From the NCBI GenBank assembly GCA_017883265.1, contig JADGNX010000003.1, positions 1-59,102 on the forward strand: 59,102 nt of DNA, read 5' to 3'. The notes beneath the pieces were generated by a model. It ran no database searches, was not told the DNA's origin, and was given only the letters and a program-made list of their open reading frames with translations. The DNA is from Thermoanaerobaculia bacterium. Lineage in GTDB: Bacteria; Acidobacteriota; Thermoanaerobaculia; Gp7-AA8. Shown here piece by piece: positions 56,376 through 59,102 of this stretch (positions are counted from its first letter, which is position 1; every line of letters starts with the position of its first letter). A program made the translations under genes and the position numbers.

Positions 56376-58478
56376 TCAGTGCGGCCGCGACTGCAGAAAC
56401 CGCAGGTACGAGTCGATGTTCGCGGGCGAAGGTTTGAGATGCAGCGCATTCGTCAGCAGTGTGTTGCTGCCGTCATGGTCGATGGCCATGGCCTTCGTGA
56501 CGTGGCCGATCGCATCTCCGATCCGGCCCTGCCTGGCCTCGAGTAGCGCCGTGTAGATCAAAGGCTCGGGTGAGCCGGTGCGGAGCGCTGCGGCGCGGCT
56601 GAACTTCTCGAGCGCTGCGGCATCGCGCTCATGCCGGGTCAGAATGGCGCCGAGGTTCATCAGTGCATCGTAGAGTCCGGGCTCCAGACGCAGCGCGCTC
56701 TGGTAGTGGCGGATGGCGTCGTCATCACGGCCCACCCTGGCCAGCGCCGCCCCGAGATCGTTCTCTATCTCGGCCGAGTCGGGATCTTCCGCGGCGGCCT
56801 GCTCGTAGAACGCGATTGCCTCAGCCGGTTTCTCCTCGGCAATCCGAAGATCGCCCTCCAGCTTCGGACTGCGTCGAATGCCCAGCGCCGTCTGCAGTTC
56901 GCGCGTTGCCGCTGCCCGATCGCCGCGCACCAGCTCGAGCGCGCCGAGGTTCTGGTGCGCTTCGACACTTTGCGGCATGAGCCGGATGGCCATCGCAAAC
57001 TCGCCGCGCGCGGCATCGGTCCGACCCTGGCTCTGCAGCACCAGGCCCAGCGCGTTGTGCGCCTGCGCATCGTTGGGGTTCATGGCCAGCGCTCTCGACA
57101 GCTCCGATGCCGCTCGATCGTAGTCATGCCGGTCGAGCCACGCCGTGCCGAGATAGCGGTGGGCGAGAAAGTTCGGATCGGTGGAGTGGGCAGCATGGGC
57201 GAAGAGAGTGACCGAGTCGCGAAAGTATCGCGCCTCCGTCGCCGAAGCTACCGCGCATCCCGCGATCAGCAAGGCGCCGGCCATTGCCAGCCATCGGCGT
57301 GCTTCCCGGGCGGGGAACAGATCGGCCGCCAGCCAGACCGCGCCGATGAAGATGCCGATCAGCGGCACGTAGGTGTAGCGGTCGGCCATCGCCTGCTCTC
57401 CAACCTGGACGATTCCGATGACCGGGACCAGCGATCCGATGAACCAGAGCCATCCCGTCACGAGATAGCGGCGCCGCGCGCCGTATACGAGAACGGCAAC
57501 GGTGATTGCGAGGAGCAGCAACGTTGCGCCGGTGGCCAGAGAAGGCGAGATCACGCGACGGTACGGATAGACGATGGCCAGACCGGCCGGCAGAAGGGTC
57601 TTGCCAAGATAGCCGGCGTAGGCAATCGAAGCATTCGCGGCGCGCGCCAGCAGTGGCACGTTGACCACGCTGGCCATCGCGGATCGCTGAGCCGCCAGGG
57701 TCACGGCACTGGAGATTGCCACCATGATGAAGAGCGGCACCTTTTCGATGATCAGCGGATCGATCGTCCTGCGATCCAGTCGCTTCATGCGGTCGAGAGG
57801 CCACCAGTCGAGGAGCAGCATGAGAAACGGAGCCGTCACCAGCATCGGTTTGGCCATGAGACCGAGGGCGAACGAAGCGATCACGAGGCCATACCAGAGT
57901 GGCTTTCTCGTCCAGCTCCATCGAGCGTAGAACAGAAAGGTGAGCATCAGTAGAACGGTGCTCAGCACATCCTTCCGCTCGGACAGCCAGGCGACCGATT
58001 CCACATGGAGCGGGTGAACGGCGAAGAGCGCGGCGACCATCGCGCTGCGCCAGAGGGCGCCGGTGGCCTCCGACAACAGCAGAAAGAGGACGGCGGCCGC
58101 CGCTGCATGCAGGGCCACGTTCACCAGGAGGTGCAGTCCCGGCCGCATCCCGAACAGCTGGACGTCCAGCATGTGAGAAAGCCATGTGACAGGATGCCAG
58201 TTGGAAGCGTGAAAGGTGGTGAAGGCCCAGCGGAAGCCTTGCGCCGTCAGGCCGCTCTTAACCTGCGGATTCCGCGAAACGTAATCGGGATCGTCGTAGA
58301 TGAGGAAGGTGTGGGTGGCGAGCTGTCCGAAAACTGCGGCGACGATGGCGCAGAGGCCGGCGATGATGGCCATTGATGGAGGACCGAAGGGGAGTGCGCC
58401 GGAGAGGACCGCGTCGGCGGAGACCGCATCGCGACCCTCGAGCCGCTGTTCCTTTTTCGATCGTGAACGCTTTCCCAT
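56376..58478 (-). CDS. TMTC-like membrane protein (GT-C-like N-terminus plus TPR repeats)
   Basis: YDDPDYV, NWHPVTWLSH, HPLHVESVAW.SERKD, ADRYTY, followed by about 7 TPRs. Confidence 0.88.
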   Translation of the reverse strand: MGKRSRSKKEQRLEGRDAVSADAVLSGALPFGPPSMAIIAGLCAIVAAVFGQLATHTFLIYDDPDYVSRNPQVKSGLTAQGFRWAFTTFHASNWHPVTWLSHMLDVQLFGMRPGLHLLVNVALHAAAAAVLFLLLSEATGALWRSAMVAALFAVHPLHVESVAWLSERKDVLSTVLLMLTFLFYARWSWTRKPLWYGLVIASFALGLMAKPMLVTAPFLMLLLDWWPLDRMKRLDRRTIDPLIIEKVPLFIMVAISSAVTLAAQRSAMASVVNVPLLARAANASIAYAGYLGKTLLPAGLAIVYPYRRVISPSLATGATLLLLAITVAVLVYGARRRYLVTGWLWFIGSLVPVIGIVQVGEQAMADRYTYVPLIGIFIGAVWLAADLFPAREARRWLAMAGALLIAGCAVASATEARYFRDSVTLFAHAAHSTDPNFLAHRYLGTAWLDRHDYDRAASELSRALAMNPNDAQAHNALGLVLQSQGRTDAARGEFAMAIRLMPQSVEAHQNLGALELVRGDRAAATRELQTALGIRRSPKLEGDLRIAEEKPAEAIAFYEQAAAEDPDSAEIENDLGAALARVGRDDDAIRHYQSALRLEPGLYDALMNLGAILTRHERDAAALEKFSRAAALRTGSPEPLIYTALLEARQGRIGDAIGHVTKAMAIDHDGSNTLLTNALHLKPSPANIDSYLRFLQSRPH

Positions 58479-58562
58479 CAGGAGCCCGCGCGCGGGCGGC
58501 GGCTAGTCTGTACGAGGTCATGGCGAGTGACAAGGGTCCAGGTGGCCGCGGAGCCGATCCAT

Positions 58563-58624
58563 TGGAGCAGCGGCCGCTTGGGGCGCCTTGTAGCACAGAC
58601 AAGCACAGACACTTCTGTCTGTGC
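58563..58624 (+). repeat. Adjacent degenerate family B REP and family A REP with a 10-bp internal duplication
   Basis: TGGAGCAGCGGCCGCTTGGGGCGCC (58563-58587), then TGTAGCACAGAC-AAGCACAGAC-ACTTCTGTCTGTGC (58589-58624). Confidence 0.75.
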
Positions 58625-58650
58625 CGCGGGTGGCTGACTCGCCACGAGCG

Positions 58651-59102
58651 TTACTGAGGGCTGACCGTCGCCTGATCGGACGTACGCGGCCCTACCTTCC
58701 TTCGCCGTTCGCGCTTGAAGGCGTGGCGTGCATCCGCCTCTTCGATGGAATGCGATTCGGTGATCCGCCCCTCGCTCGCCGCCATCGACGCCAGCCGTTT
58801 GTAATGGCCGCGCAGCATCCTCAACTCTTCTTCGGAGAGATCCTCGACGCTGATGAGGCGGTTGCTGGCCCCCTCCACTGCTGCGACGATCTCGTTGAGC
58901 TTGAGCTGGACGGCCAGCGACTCCTTGTTCTGGGCTCGCTGAATGAGAAAGACCATGAGGAACGTCACGATCGTGGTGCTGGTGTTGATGACGAGCTGCC
59001 ACGTGTCGGAGTAGTGGAAGATCGGTCCGAGAGCGCCCCAGACCACGACAGCGATCACGGCGAATGCGAAAGCCGGACTCGATCCTGTCCAGACGGTTAC
59101 GC
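58651..59102 (-). CDS. Low-affinity iron permease (Fet4-like) family protein, 5'-partial
   Basis: GP.FHYSDTWQLVINTSTTIVTFLMVFLIQ..QN..A.QLKLNEI; frame open to the window end. Confidence 0.88.
   Translation of the reverse strand, partial: VTVWTGSSPAFAFAVIAVVVWGALGPIFHYSDTWQLVINTSTTIVTFLMVFLIQRAQNKESLAVQLKLNEIVAAVEGASNRLISVEDLSEEELRMLRGHYKRLASMAASEGRITESHSIEEADARHAFKRERRRKVGPRTSDQATVSPQ

Overview
A GC-rich bacterial chromosomal segment with no rRNA, tRNA, CRISPR array, transposase or prophage. The gene repertoire and style suggest Acidobacteriota, possibly Thermoanaerobaculia (inference, not verified). Most of the window is housekeeping or envelope genes: aroA (3' end), secA, tyrA, queC/queE, asnB, mce, pdp/deoB, carD, lipA, xerD, a MacAB-type ABC exporter, mutY, thiG, xdhC, mprF with two virJ/acvB paralogs, nadE, and several GT-C-like membrane proteins. 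The standout is a nine-gene gas-vesicle locus at 35990-41981 with the order gvpF-gvpG-[ArsA/Get3 ATPase]-gvpL-gvpS-gvpF/L-gvpK-gvpJ-gvpA. It has no gvpN, gvpO or gvpC. Instead it embeds a tandem-domain ArsA/Get3 ATPase with Get3-like PG(I/A)DE and Cys motifs, lacking the arsenite-binding cysteines, and there are no ars genes nearby. This suggests a gas-vesicle, or Gvp-based protein compartment, assembly route assisted by a Get3-type chaperone. Also notable: an opposite-strand, lower-GC asnB inserted between queC and queE; two REP-like palindrome families, one forming a REPIN with an internal 15-bp tandem expansion; intergenic heptamer repeats; and several uncharacterised proteins with recognisable motif oddities.
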